Assembly: GCF_003018235.1 (NCBI RefSeq)
Contig: NZ_CP027439.1
Source of the DNA: Escherichia coli
GTDB lineage: Bacteria; Pseudomonadota; Gammaproteobacteria; Enterobacterales; Enterobacteriaceae
Reading direction: 5' to 3' (one strand)
DNA: 64,000 nt
Part shown: positions 39,501-48,656 of the stretch, piece after piece
Layout: each line of letters begins with the position of its first letter
Position numbering within the stretch: position 1 is the stretch's first letter
Position numbers and translations under genes: made by a program
Notes under the pieces: generated by a model
Seen by the model: only the letters and a program-made list of their open reading frames with translations
What the model was told of the DNA's origin: nothing
Database searches by the model: none

Positions 39501-41840
39501 CGCATGATACTGGAAACGTCCGACCGTTTCACGGTGGTGCAGGGCTATGCCGGTGTGGGTAAGACCACACAGTTCCGGGCGGTGATGTCAGCCGTGAACA
39601 TGCTGCCGGAGAGTGAGCGTCCCCGTGTCGTTGGGCTGGGGCCCACACACCGTGCGGTCGGGGAGATGCGCAGCGCCGGCGTGGATGCACAGACACTGGC
39701 GTCCTTTCTGCATGACACGCAGCTGCAGCAGCGCAGCGGAGAAACGCCGGATTTCAGCAACACGCTGTTCCTGCTCGATGAGAGCTCAATGGTGGGCAAT
39801 ACCGACATGGCACGGGCATACGCCCTGATTGCGGCCGGTGGTGGTCGTGCAGTGGCCAGCGGTGACACGGACCAGCTGCAGGCCATCGCGCCCGGTCAGC
39901 CTTTCCGTCTCCAGCAGACGCGCAGTGCTGCCAATGTGGCTATCATGAAAGAGATTGTTCGTCAGACGCCGGAACTGCGGGAGGCGGTATACAGCCTGAT
40001 TAACCGGGATGTGGAAAGGGCATTGTCCGGGCTTGAGCGTGTGAAACCGTCTCAGGTGCCACGTCAGGAGGGCGCATGGGCACCGGAGCACTCTGTGACG
40101 GAGTTCAGTCACAGCCAGGAAGCGAAACTGGCAGAAGCGCAGCAGAAGGCGATGCTGAAAGGCGAGGATTTCCCGGATGTCCCCATGACACTGTATGAAG
40201 CCATTGTTCGCGACTATACCGGCAGGACACCGGAAGCACGGGAGCAGACGCTGATTGTCACGCACCTGAATGAAGACAGGCGCGTGCTGAACAGTATGAT
40301 TCATGATGCACGGGAAAAGGCCGGTGAGCTGGGAAAAGAGCAGGTCATGGTGCCTGTCCTGAACACAGCGAATATACGTGACGGGGAGCTGCGTCGTCTC
40401 TCCACCTGGAAGAATAACCCGGATGCCCTTGCCCTGGTGGATAATGTGTATCACCGGATTGCCGGTATCAGTAAGGATGACGGGCTGATAACCCTGGAGG
40501 ATGCGGAAGGTAACACGCGGCTGATTTCGCCCCGGGAGGCGGTGGCTGAAGGCGTCACACTGTACACCCAGGACATCATCCGGGTGGGGACCGGTGACCG
40601 GATGCGCTTCACGAAGAGTGACCGGGAGCGCGGTTATGTGGCCAACAGTGTCTGGACGGTGACAGCAGTTTCCGGTGACAGTGTCACGCTGTCGGACGGA
40701 CAGCAGACCCGGGTGATTCGCCCCGGCCAGGAGCGGGCAGAGCAACATATTGACCTGGCCTATGCCATCACCGCCCACGGTGCGCAGGGGGCAAGTGAAA
40801 CCTTTGCCATCGCGCTTGAAGGCACGGAAGGTAACCGGAAACTGATGGCCGGCTTTGAGTCAGCCTACGTGGCCCTGTCGCGTATGAAGCAGCATGTGCA
40901 GGTGTACACCGATAACCGTCAGGGCTGGACGGATGCCATTAACAATGCCGTACAGAAAGGAACTGCCCACGATGTGTTTGAGCCGAAACCGGACCGGGAG
41001 GTCATGAATGCAGAGCGGCTGTTCAGTACGGCGCGGGAGCTGCGGGACGTGGCGGCAGGCCGTGCCATTCTTCGTCAGGCGGGGCTTGCCGGGGGAGACA
41101 GTCCTGCACGGTTTATTGCTCCGGGACGTAAATATCCACAGCCGTATGTGGCACTGCCGGCGTTTGACCGTAACGGCAAGTCTGCCGGTATCTGGCTGAA
41201 CCCGCTGACCACGGATGACGGAAACGGGCTGCGGGGATTCAGTGGTGAAGGCCGTGTGAAAGGCAGCGGGGATGCGCAGTTCGTGGCCCTGCAGGGCAGC
41301 CGTAACGGCGAGAGCCTGCTGGCTGATAATATGCAGGATGGTGTCCGGATTGCCCGTGATAACCCCGACAGCGGTGTGGTGGTGAGAATCGCCGGTGAAG
41401 GTCGTCCGTGGAATCCCGGTGCCATCACCGGTGGCCGCGTGTGGGGGGATATCCCGGACAACAACGTCCAGCCGGGAGCCGGAAATGGCGAGCCGGTCAC
41501 GGCAGAGGTACTGGCACAGCGGCAGGCTGAAGAGGCCATCCGCCGTGAAACGGAACGCCGTGCGGATGAGATTGTCAGAAAAATGGCGGAGAACAAACCT
41601 GACCTGCCGGACGGCAGAACAGAGCAGGCTGCCAGGGAGATTGCCGGGCAGGAGCGTGACCGGTCTGCCATATCTGAACGGGAAGCCGCGCTGCCGGAGA
41701 GTGTGCTGCGTGAATCACAACGGGAGCGGGAAGCGGTCCGGGAGGTTGCCCGGGAAAATCTGCTGCAGGAACGACTTCAGCAGATGGAGCGGGATATGGT
41801 TCGTGACCTGCAGAAAGAGAAAACCCTGGGCGGAGACTGA
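36570..41840 (+). CDS. traI: Relaxase/helicase TraI
   Basis: 1756 aa; relaxase N-terminus with catalytic tyrosines (NYYTDKDNYYV) and histidine motif HDTSRDQEPQLHTHAVV; helicase motif GYAGVGKT. Confidence 0.96.
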   Translation: MMSIAQVRSAGSAGNYYTDKDNYYVLGSMGERWAGRGAEQLGLQGSVDKDVFTRLLEGRLPDGADLSRMQDGSNRHRPGYDLTFSAPKSVSMMAMLGGDKRLIDAHNQAVDFAVRQVEALASTRVMTDGQSETVLTGNLVMALFNHDTSRDQEPQLHTHAVVANVTQHNGEWKTLSSDKVGKTGFIENVYANQIAFGRLYREKLKEQVEALGYETEVVGKHGMWEMPGVPVEAFSGRSQAIREAVGEDASLKSRDVAALDTRKSKQHVDPEVRMAEWMQTLKETGFDIRAYRDAADQRAETRTQAPGPASQDGPDVQQAVTQAIAGLSERKVQFTYTDVLARTVGILPPENGVIERARAGIDEAISREQLIPLDREKGLFTSGIHVLDELSVRALSRDIMKQNRVTVHPEKSVPRTAGYSDAVSVLAQDRPSLAIVSGQGGAAGQRERVAELVMMAREQGREVQIIAADRRSQMNLKQDERLSGELITGRRQLQEGMTFTPGSTVIVDQGEKLSLKETLTLLDGAARHNVQVLITDSGQRTGTGSALMAMKDAGVNTYRWQGGEQRPATIISEPDRNVRYARLAGDFAASVKAGEESVAQVSGVREQAILTQAIRSELKTQGVLGHPEVTMTALSPVWLDSRSRYLRDMYRPGMVMDQWNPETRSHDRYVIDRVTAQSHSLTLRDAQGETQVVRISSLDSSWSLFRPEKMPVADGERLRVTGKIPGLRVSGGDRLQVASVSEDAMTVVVPGRAEPATLPVADSPFTALKLENGWVETPGYSVSDSATVFASVTQMAMDNATLNGLARSGRDVRLYSSLDETRTAEKLARHPSFTVVSEQIKTRAGETPLETAISLQKAGLHTPAQQAIHLALPVLESKNLAFSMVDLLTEAKSFAAEGTSFIDLGGEINAQIKRGDLLYVDVAKGYGTGLLVSRASYEAEKSILRHILEGKEAVTPLMERVPGELMEKLTSGQRAATRMILETSDRFTVVQGYAGVGKTTQFRAVMSAVNMLPESERPRVVGLGPTHRAVGEMRSAGVDAQTLASFLHDTQLQQRSGETPDFSNTLFLLDESSMVGNTDMARAYALIAAGGGRAVASGDTDQLQAIAPGQPFRLQQTRSAANVAIMKEIVRQTPELREAVYSLINRDVERALSGLERVKPSQVPRQEGAWAPEHSVTEFSHSQEAKLAEAQQKAMLKGEDFPDVPMTLYEAIVRDYTGRTPEAREQTLIVTHLNEDRRVLNSMIHDAREKAGELGKEQVMVPVLNTANIRDGELRRLSTWKNNPDALALVDNVYHRIAGISKDDGLITLEDAEGNTRLISPREAVAEGVTLYTQDIIRVGTGDRMRFTKSDRERGYVANSVWTVTAVSGDSVTLSDGQQTRVIRPGQERAEQHIDLAYAITAHGAQGASETFAIALEGTEGNRKLMAGFESAYVALSRMKQHVQVYTDNRQGWTDAINNAVQKGTAHDVFEPKPDREVMNAERLFSTARELRDVAAGRAILRQAGLAGGDSPARFIAPGRKYPQPYVALPAFDRNGKSAGIWLNPLTTDDGNGLRGFSGEGRVKGSGDAQFVALQGSRNGESLLADNMQDGVRIARDNPDSGVVVRIAGEGRPWNPGAITGGRVWGDIPDNNVQPGAGNGEPVTAEVLAQRQAEEAIRRETERRADEIVRKMAENKPDLPDGRTEQAAREIAGQERDRSAISEREAALPESVLRESQREREAVREVARENLLQERLQQMERDMVRDLQKEKTLGGD

Positions 41841-41859
41841 TACAGGAAGACAAACACTG

Positions 41860-42606
41860 ATGACAACGGATAACACGAACACGACACGTAACGATTCACT
41901 GGCTGCCCGGACCGATACCTGGTTGCAGTCGTTGCTGGTCTGGTCACCCGGACAGCGGGATATCATCAAAACGGTGGCACTGGTGCTGATGGTACTGGAC
42001 CACGCAAACCGCATTCTGCATCTGGACCAGACGTGGATGTTTCTGGCCGGGCGTGGAGCCTTTCCGTTGTTTGCCCTGGTGTGGGGGCTGAATCTGTCCC
42101 GCCATGCGCATATCAGGCAGTCGGCCATTAACCGGCTGTGGGGATGGGGAATTATTGCCCAGTTCGCGTATTATCTGGCAGGCTTTCCGTGGTATGAGGG
42201 GAATATCCTGTTTGCCTTTGCAGTGGCGGCACAGGTGCTGACGTGGTGTGAAACGCGCAGTGGGTGGCGTACAGCAGCGGCCATTCTCCTGATGGCACTG
42301 TGGGGGCCTTTGTCCGGCACCAGTTACGGCATTGCCGGGCTGCTGATGCTGGCAGTCAGCCACCGGCTGTACCGGGCGGAAGACAGAACGGAACGTCTGG
42401 CGCTGGTTGCATGCCTGATGGCTGTTATTCCGGCGCTTAACCTTGCCACCAGTGATGCCGCGGCGGTGGCCGGCCTTGTGATGACGGTGCTGACCGTTGG
42501 TCTGGTGTCCTGTGCAGGGAAATCATTACCCCGTTTCTGGCCCGGAGATTTTTTCCCGACGTTCTATGCCTGTCATCTGGCTGTGCTGGGCGTTCTGGCG
42601 CTGTAA
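41860..42606 (+). CDS. traX: Pilin acetylase TraX
   Basis: 248-aa polytopic protein from ATG 41860; the listed ORF 41395.. is an upstream read-through overlapping traI. Confidence 0.88.
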   Translation: MTTDNTNTTRNDSLAARTDTWLQSLLVWSPGQRDIIKTVALVLMVLDHANRILHLDQTWMFLAGRGAFPLFALVWGLNLSRHAHIRQSAINRLWGWGIIAQFAYYLAGFPWYEGNILFAFAVAAQVLTWCETRSGWRTAAAILLMALWGPLSGTSYGIAGLLMLAVSHRLYRAEDRTERLALVACLMAVIPALNLATSDAAAVAGLVMTVLTVGLVSCAGKSLPRFWPGDFFPTFYACHLAVLGVLAL

Positions 42607-42660
42607 CGGGTGTGGTATCTTTGGCCGCAAGAGGATGATTCGTCAGAGGCAGAACACAGC

Positions 42661-43221
42661 ATGACAGAGCAGAAGCGACCGGTACTGACACTGAAGCGGA
42701 AAACAGAAGGGGGGACGCCTGTCCGCAGCCGGAAAACCATCATCAATGTCACCACGCCACCAAAATGGAAGGTGAAAAAGCAGAAGCTGGCCGAGAAAGC
42801 AGCCCGGGAAGCAGAGCTGGCGGCCAAAAAAGCGCAGGCCAGACAAGCGCTGTCCATTTATCTGAACCTGCCCACGCTGGATGAGGCTGTGAACACCCTG
42901 AAGCCCTGGTGGCCGGGATTATTTGACGGTGACACGCCCCGGCTTCTGGCCTGCGGTATCCGGGACGTGTTACTGGAAGACGTGGCGCAGCGGAATATCC
43001 CGCTCTCGCATAAAAAACTGCGCAGGGCGCTGAAGGCCATCACCCGTTCAGAAAGCTATCTTGGTGCCATGAAAGCCGGTGCCTGCCGGTATGACACGGA
43101 AGGGTATGTGACGGAGCATATTTCTCAGGAGGAGGAAGCGTATGCGGCAGCGCGTCTGGATAAAATCCGCCGCCAGAACCGGATAAAGGCAGAACTTCAG
43201 GCCGTGCTTGATGAGAAATAA
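42661..43221 (+). CDS. finO: RNA chaperone FinO
   Basis: 186 aa from [17 protein letters not shown], matching FinO. Confidence 0.9.
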   Translation: MTEQKRPVLTLKRKTEGGTPVRSRKTIINVTTPPKWKVKKQKLAEKAAREAELAAKKAQARQALSIYLNLPTLDEAVNTLKPWWPGLFDGDTPRLLACGIRDVLLEDVAQRNIPLSHKKLRRALKAITRSESYLGAMKAGACRYDTEGYVTEHISQEEEAYAAARLDKIRRQNRIKAELQAVLDEK

Positions 43222-43224
43222 AAA

Positions 43225-43249
43225 GGCCTCCCCGAAAGAGTGAGGAGGC
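43225..43249. terminator. GC hairpin after finO (gcctcc-N12-ggaggc), possible terminator
   Basis: Perfect 6-bp stem read from the sequence, A-run upstream and weak T-run downstream; may act bidirectionally. Confidence 0.35.
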
Positions 43250-43356
43250 TGAAACAATAAGGCTTAAAAGGAAATAACTTCCGTACCCGAAAGGAAGCCA
43301 GTCCACTGAATTATTTACCACAATAATACTGACGACTAAAAGGGAGGAGCAGAAAA

Positions 43357-43569
43357 ATGAATGGATTCAGAAACAGTTCACGGAACGGTCAGGTCTGGCG
43401 TTACCAGCGTGCCGGCGGGCGGGCCGTTATTCTGGAGGTCAGTGGACGCTGGATGGAAGCGGCAGAAGCATGGCGACGGGCTGCCTGCATAGCTCCCCGG
43501 ACAGACTGGCAACAGTTTGCCCGGAAAAGGGCTGAACACTGCCACCGGCGCTGCCGGGGAAGGGTGTAA
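43357..43569 (+). CDS. Hypothetical small protein
   Basis: 70-aa ORF preceded by GGGAGGAG RBS; no recognisable motifs. Confidence 0.35.
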   Translation: MNGFRNSSRNGQVWRYQRAGGRAVILEVSGRWMEAAEAWRRAACIAPRTDWQQFARKRAEHCHRRCRGRV

Positions 43570-43814
43570 CGAAAAAAGCAGCCTTCATTACACCAGAAGT
43601 CAGAAGGCTGAAAGGAGTTTATGAGATTTGCTTTTTTTAATATCCGGTCGGGCAGTATGACCGGACAGTTCTGAGTAGCACAGAGTTTTTTCCGTATTAA
43701 GTCGTGATTTTATATTTTGTGATTTATTTCACAAAATAAGGTGTTATTCATTGTGTGCTGCAATATTCAGGATGCCTGAAATACAGGTGCCATTTATCTG
43801 ATATGGAGAATAAC

Positions 43815-44276
43815 ATGATGAAATATATTCCACTGGTATTATTTATCTTTTCATGGCCGGTATTGTCTGCAGATATTCATGGACGGGTTGTTCGTGTACT
43901 GGACGGTGATACCATCGAGGTCATGGACTCACGGAAGGCGGTGCGGATCAGGCTGGTAAATATTGATGCACCGGAAAAGAAACAGGATTATGGCCGGTGG
44001 TCAACAGACATGATGAAATCACTGGTCGCAGGAAAAACGGTTACCGTCACATATTTTCAGCGAGATCGTTATGGTCGTATTCTCGGGCAGGTTTATGCGC
44101 CAGACGGAATGAATATTAATCAGTTTATGGTCCGGGCCGGGGCTGCCTGGGTATATGAGCAGTACAACACAGATCCCGTGCTGCCTGTCCTTCAGAACGA
44201 AGCCAGACAACAAAAACGTGGGCTCTGGTCAGATGCTGATCCGGTTCCCCCCTGGATATTGAGGCACCGTAAATAA
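43815..44276 (+). CDS. Secreted thermonuclease (SNase-like)
   Basis: Signal peptide MMKYIPLVLFIFSWPVLSA followed by SNase-type motifs (VRVLDGDTIEV, RLVNIDAPE). Confidence 0.8.
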   Translation: MMKYIPLVLFIFSWPVLSADIHGRVVRVLDGDTIEVMDSRKAVRIRLVNIDAPEKKQDYGRWSTDMMKSLVAGKTVTVTYFQRDRYGRILGQVYAPDGMNINQFMVRAGAAWVYEQYNTDPVLPVLQNEARQQKRGLWSDADPVPPWILRHRK

Positions 44277-44321
44277 AGCGATGGCAATCCTATCATTCAT
44301 TTGTTCTTAGCGGGAATAAAA

Positions 44322-44531
44322 ATGGCAAAAACAAAACAGGAATGGCTGTATCAGTTACGGCGATGTTCATCAGTCAATACGCTGGAAAAAATTATTCATA
44401 AAAACAGAGACAGTTTATCGACCAGTGAACGTGAATCATTTAATTCAGCAGCAGACCACCGGTTAGCAGAATTAATCACCGGAAAGTTATATGACAGGAT
44501 ACCAAAAGAAATATGGAAATATGTAAGGTAA
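44322..44531 (+). CDS. Hypothetical protein
   Basis: ORF in the finO-repA intergenic backbone; start assumed at MAKTKQEW. Confidence 0.4.
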   Translation: MAKTKQEWLYQLRRCSSVNTLEKIIHKNRDSLSTSERESFNSAADHRLAELITGKLYDRIPKEIWKYVR

Positions 44532-44569
44532 TAATTCAGCAATAATTAATTACCAGGAGCAGATAAACA

Positions 44570-45160
44570 ATGAAGCTGATTATTTTTATTCTTATTGTTC
44601 TGATTATTGCAGCGTTACTTATCCGGATTATCCTCAGAAGTGTAAATCAGCATTCTCCTTTGCTGATGCAATTGCATGCGGCAGGTATACGGACCGGTGA
44701 TGCAGAGCGAATACTGTCCAGCGGTGAATACTGGCAACGTCAGAAGACGCTGCTGACAGAAAGGGAAGTCAGTTTTATGAAAGGACTGTTCAGAATTGTG
44801 GATATGAAGCGGTGGTATCTGTGTCCGCAGGTACGGGTCGCGGATATCGTCCAGCTGAACGGGAATATCCGGCCACGATCACGCCAGTGGTGGCAGTTAT
44901 TCAGGATGGTGTCTCAGTGGCATGTTGATGTGGTTATCGTTGAGCGGCGTTCGTTCAGTATTGTTGCAGCAGTAGAGCTGGATGATGCCAGCCATTTACG
45001 ACCGGAACGCAGACGCCGGGATATTCTTCTGGAAGAGGTTCTGAGGCAGGCTGGTATTCCGTTGCTCAGAAGCCACGATGCCAGAAAACTGCTGCAGATG
45101 ACCGGAGAATGGCTGAATACAACAGGGGCTGATCAGCAGTCACCGGAACATCGTAGCTGA
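44570..45160 (+). CDS. Hypothetical protein with N-terminal membrane anchor (possible nuclease-fold domain)
   Basis: 196 aa; MKLIIFILIVLIIAALLIRIIL anchor; no firm family assignment. Confidence 0.5.
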   Translation: MKLIIFILIVLIIAALLIRIILRSVNQHSPLLMQLHAAGIRTGDAERILSSGEYWQRQKTLLTEREVSFMKGLFRIVDMKRWYLCPQVRVADIVQLNGNIRPRSRQWWQLFRMVSQWHVDVVIVERRSFSIVAAVELDDASHLRPERRRRDILLEEVLRQAGIPLLRSHDARKLLQMTGEWLNTTGADQQSPEHRS

Positions 45161-45399
45161 CGCCTTCGCGTTGCTCAGTTGTCCAACCCCGGAAACGGGA
45201 AAAAGCAAGTTTTCCCCGCTCCCGGCGTTTCTATAACTGAAAACCATACTATTTCACAGTTTAAATCACATTAAACGACAGTAATCCCCGTTGATTTGTG
45301 CGCCAACACAGATCTTCGTCACAATTCTCAAGTCGCTGATTTCAAAAAACTGTAGTATCCTCTGCGAAACGATCCCTGTTTGAGTATTGAGGAGGCGAG

Positions 45400-45660
45400 A
45401 TGTCGCAGACAGAAAATGCAGTGACTTCCTCATTGAGTCAAAAGCGGTTTGTGCGCAGAGGTAAGCCTATGACTGACTCTGAGAAACAAATGGCCGCTGT
45501 TGCAAGAAAACGTCTTACACACAAAGAGATAAAAGTTTTTGTCAAAAATCCTCTGAAAGATCTCATGGTTGAGTACTGCGAGAGAGAGGGGATAACACAG
45601 GCTCAGTTCGTTGAGAAAATCATCAAAGATGAACTGCAGAGACTGGATATACTAAAGTAA
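45400..45660 (+). CDS. copB: Replication copy-number repressor CopB (RepA2)
   Basis: 86-aa protein [47 protein letters not shown], IncFII RepA2 family. Confidence 0.88.
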
Positions 45661-45764
45661 AGACTTTACTTTGTGGCGTAGCATGCTAGATTACTGATCG
45701 TTTAAGGAATTTTATGGCTGGCCACGCCATAAGGTGGCAGGGAACTGGTTCTGATGTGGATTTA

Positions 45765-45855
45765 CAGGAGCCAGAAAAGTGAAAACCCCGATAATCTTCT
45801 TTAACTTTGGCGAGTGAGAAAGATTATCGGGGCTAACAAGAAACTGCATAGAAGC
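45765..45855 (-). ncRNA. copA: CopA (inc) antisense RNA of the repA1 leader (approximate ends)
   Basis: Long imperfect hairpin 45786..45832 (ccccgataatctt...aagattatcgggg) with a loop containing GCGCCAAAG on the minus strand, matching the CopA/CopT stem-loop II arrangement between copB and tap. Confidence 0.5.
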
Positions 45856-45883
45856 TGTTGCTCTATGCGGGGAGTATAGTTAT

Positions 45884-45958
45884 ATGCCCGGAAAAGTTCA
45901 AGACTTCTTTCTGTGCTCACTCCTTCTGTGCAACATAAGTGCAGGATGGTGTGACTGA
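45884..45958 (+). CDS. tap: Leader peptide Tap (RepA6) translationally coupled to repA1
   Basis: 24-aa [27 protein letters not shown] ending at TGA 45956..45958, overlapping the repA1 GTG start at 45951. Confidence 0.7.
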   Translation: MPGKVQDFFLCSLLLCNISAGWCD

Positions 45959-46808
45959 TCTTCAACAAACGTATTACCGCCAGGTAAAGAACCCGAATCC
46001 GGTGTTCACTCCCCGTGAAGGTGCCGGAACGCTGAAGTTCTGCGAAAAACTGATGGAAAAGGCGGTGGGCTTCACCTCCCGTTTTGATTTCGCCATTCAT
46101 GTGGCGCATGCCCGTTCCCGTGGTCTGCGTCGGCGCATGCCACCGGTGCTGCGTCGACGGGCTATTGATGCGCTGCTGCAGGGGCTGTGTTTCCACTATG
46201 ACCCGCTGGCCAACCGCGTCCAGTGTTCCATCACCACACTGGCCATTGAGTGCGGACTGGCGACAGAGTCCGGTGCAGGAAAACTCTCCATCACCCGTGC
46301 CACCCGGGCCCTGACGTTCCTGTCAGAGCTGGGACTGATTACCTACCAGACGGAATATGACCCGCTTATCGGGTGCTACATTCCGACCGACATCACGTTC
46401 ACACCGGCTCTGTTTGCTGCCCTTGATGTGTCTGAGGATGCAGTGGCAGCTGCGCGCCGCAGTCGTGTTGAATGGGAAAACAAACAGCGCAAAAAGCAGG
46501 GGCTGGATACCCTGGGTATGGATGAGCTGATAGCGAAAGCCTGGCGTTTTGTGCGTGAGCGTTTCCGCAGTTACCAGACAGAGCTTAAGTCCCGTGGAAT
46601 AAAACGTGCCCGTGCGCGTCGTGATGCGAACAGGGAACGTCAGGATATCGTCACCCTGGTGAAACGGCAGCTGACGCGTGAAATCTCGGAAGGGCGCTTT
46701 ACTGCTAATGGTGAGACGGTAAAACGCGAAGTGGAGCGTCGTGTGAAGGAGCGCATGATTCTGTCACGTAACCGCAATTACAGCCGGCTGGCCACAGCTT
46801 CCCCCTGA
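45951..46808 (+). CDS. repA1: Replication initiator RepA1 (IncFII/RepFIIA)
   Basis: 285 aa from the GTG start: [89 protein letters not shown]. Confidence 0.93.
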   Translation: MTDLQQTYYRQVKNPNPVFTPREGAGTLKFCEKLMEKAVGFTSRFDFAIHVAHARSRGLRRRMPPVLRRRAIDALLQGLCFHYDPLANRVQCSITTLAIECGLATESGAGKLSITRATRALTFLSELGLITYQTEYDPLIGCYIPTDITFTPALFAALDVSEDAVAAARRSRVEWENKQRKKQGLDTLGMDELIAKAWRFVRERFRSYQTELKSRGIKRARARRDANRERQDIVTLVKRQLTREISEGRFTANGETVKREVERRVKERMILSRNRNYSRLATASP

Positions 46809-46849
46809 ACCTGACCTCCTCTGAATAATCCGGCCTGCGCCGGAGGCTT

Positions 46850-47100
46850 CCGCACGTCTGAAGCCCGACAGCGCACAAAAAATCAGCACCACATACAAAA
46901 AACAACCTCATCATCCAGCTTCTGGTGCATCCGGCCCCCCCCCTGTTTTCGATACAAAACACGCCTCACAGACGGGGAATTTTGCTTATCCACATTAAAC
47001 TGCAAGGGACTTCCCCATAAGGTTACAACCGTTCATGTCATAAAGCGCCAGCCGCCAGTCTTACAGGGTGCAATGTATCTTTTAAACACCTGTTTATATC
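46850..47100. other. oriR region (vegetative origin) with DnaA box
   Basis: DnaA box TTATCCACA at 46986..46994 about 180 bp downstream of repA1; AT-rich stretch follows. Confidence 0.55.
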
Positions 47101-47216
47101 TCCTTTAAACTACTTAATTACATTCATTTAAAAAGAAAACCTGTTCACTGCCTGTCCTGTGGACAGACAGATATGCACCTCCCACCGCAAGCGGCGGGCC
47201 CCGACCGGAGCCATTT

Positions 47217-47235
47217 TAGTTACAACACTCAAATA
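47217..47235 (-). other. Ter (Tus-binding) site, minus orientation
   Basis: Reverse complement reads GAGTGTTGTAACTAAAATG, matching the Ter core GTTGTAACTA. Confidence 0.6.
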
Positions 47236-47346
47236 CAACCACCGGAAAAACCCCGGTCCCGCGCAGAACTGAAACCACAATGCCCCTCCTCATAACTGAA
47301 AAGCGCCGCCGCCCCCGCCCAAAGGGCGGGAACAACATCGCTTTTA

Positions 47347-47369
47347 ATTATGAATGTTGTAACTATACA
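47347..47369 (+). other. Ter (Tus-binding) site, plus orientation
   Basis: AATTATGAATGTTGTAACTATAC matches the Ter consensus; inverted relative to the site at 47217. Confidence 0.65.
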
Positions 47370-47407
47370 ACATCATTGCTGTCAGTATTCTGGCTGGAAG
47401 TCCTCAG

Positions 47408-47663
47408 TACACGCTCGTAAGCGGCCCTGACGGCCCGCTAACGCGGAGATACGCCCCAACTTCGGGTAAACCCTCGTCGGGACCACTCCGACAGCGCACA
47501 GAAGCTCTTTCATGGCTGAAAGCGGGTATAGTCTGGCAGGGCTGGGGATGGGTAAGGTGAAATCTATCAATCAGTACCGGCTTACGCCGGGCTTCGGCGG
47601 TTTTACTCCGGTATCACATGTAACCACAGCGTGCCGCCTTCCATGCCGCTGGCGCGGCATATC
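47408..47663 (+). repeat. Paralogous structured non-coding element, copy A (candidate sRNA or cis-regulatory RNA)
   Basis: About 80% identical to 48657..48907 (my estimate); conserved hairpins (gcggccctgacggcccgc; ccggc-ttac-gccgg; ggcttcggcgg followed by TTTT); no conserved reading frame. Confidence 0.6.
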
Positions 47664-47724
47664 CTGGTGACGATATCTGAATCGTTATATACTGCGTATA
47701 TATGTGGTAATGACGGGGTGATAA

Positions 47725-47994
47725 ATGGCACAGGTTAATATGAGTTTAAGAATTGACGCTGAACTGAAGGATGCTTTTATGGCCGCTGCAAAAAGCATGG
47801 ACCGTAATGGCTCTCAGTTAATCCGGGATTTTATGCGCCAGACCGTGGAACGGCAGCATAATACCTGGTTCCGTGACCAGGTTGCGGAAGGACGTCAGCA
47901 ACTCGAGCGCGGCGATGTGCTTCCCCATGACATGGTCGAATCTTCTGCTGCTGCATGGCGGGATGAAATGAGCAGGAAGGTTGCCGGTAAATGA
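47725..47994 (+). CDS. Ribbon-helix-helix antitoxin-like protein (RelB/DinJ/ParD-type)
   Basis: MAQVNMSLRIDAELKDAFMAAAKSMDRNGSQLIRDFMRQ matches the RHH pattern; putative -35/-10 and RBS at the 3' end of element A; stop overlaps the next ATG (ATGA). Confidence 0.7.
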   Translation: MAQVNMSLRIDAELKDAFMAAAKSMDRNGSQLIRDFMRQTVERQHNTWFRDQVAEGRQQLERGDVLPHDMVESSAAAWRDEMSRKVAGK

Positions 47995-48568
47995 TGGAGA
48001 TATTCTGGACCATGCTGGCCAGCCAGGCCGGACTGACTTGGGAAGGGCAGGCACACTCAGCGATCGCCGACGCACGGATGACGGCAGGTGTGGTAAACGC
48101 TATTGCTGCATATCATCTGGAACTACTGCAGGAACAGGCTCGGCTGAAAAACTTGAAAAGGATTATCTGGCTGAAGTGGCTAATTACAGTAACGACCGCT
48201 GGGAAGCACCGCAACGTGCCTCACGCCTGGCTGCCAGCGTAAAGCGTTACAAGACATCAGAAATGCTGCGCTTTATTCTTGCTACCATTGCCTACGATCC
48301 CGATCCAGATTTAACCCCGCTGACTGTGAGACGTTTGTGCAAGGCATTGTTCGGCAGAACCGGAAGCCAGTGGCTGGTTGTTGAAGTTTTTGGGGAGAAG
48401 GGGCGTCAGCACAGCAGCGCGGACAGTAATCCGGAGATGGTGGAAAAAATGGCTGCCAGATATCGTCACGCCGCCGAACTACACTGGTCCGCAACGCTGG
48501 CAGAAATTGAACGGGTAAAGCGGCTTTATCAGACGAAAATTAAGAAATCCAAAAAAGAAGTGGGTTGA
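47991..48568 (+). pseudogene. Decayed ORF coupled to the RHH gene; possible remnant of a DEDDh-type exonuclease or toxin
   Basis: ATG 47991 overlaps the RHH stop. Frame 0 (47991..48242) contains an Exo III-like motif HSAIADARMTAGVVNAIA; the coding-like signal continues in another frame (47981..48568), implying a frameshift near 48130. Confidence 0.3.
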
Positions 48569-48656
48569 CTGCCATTGTTATTCTTTTCCTTCATCATTAA
48601 TGCTAATGTATGGTGCGTTAAGCGTACAATAATTTCGAATATCCAAACTGATCTCA

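Noticed and set aside
39786-40778. 330-aa ORF on the minus strand inside traI
   Set aside because: Antisense to traI with Arg/Pro/Gly-rich low-complexity composition; no independent support.
41395-41859. Upstream extension of the traX ORF (403-aa version)
   Set aside because: The extension overlaps the traI 3' end in another frame; the traX start at 41860 gives the expected 248-aa product.
47382-47570. Minus-strand ORFs within the paired structured elements (also 48578..48808 and plus-strand 48700..48981)
   Set aside because: The two paralogous copies do not preserve any of these frames and their differences are compensatory for base pairing, so the elements are treated as non-coding.
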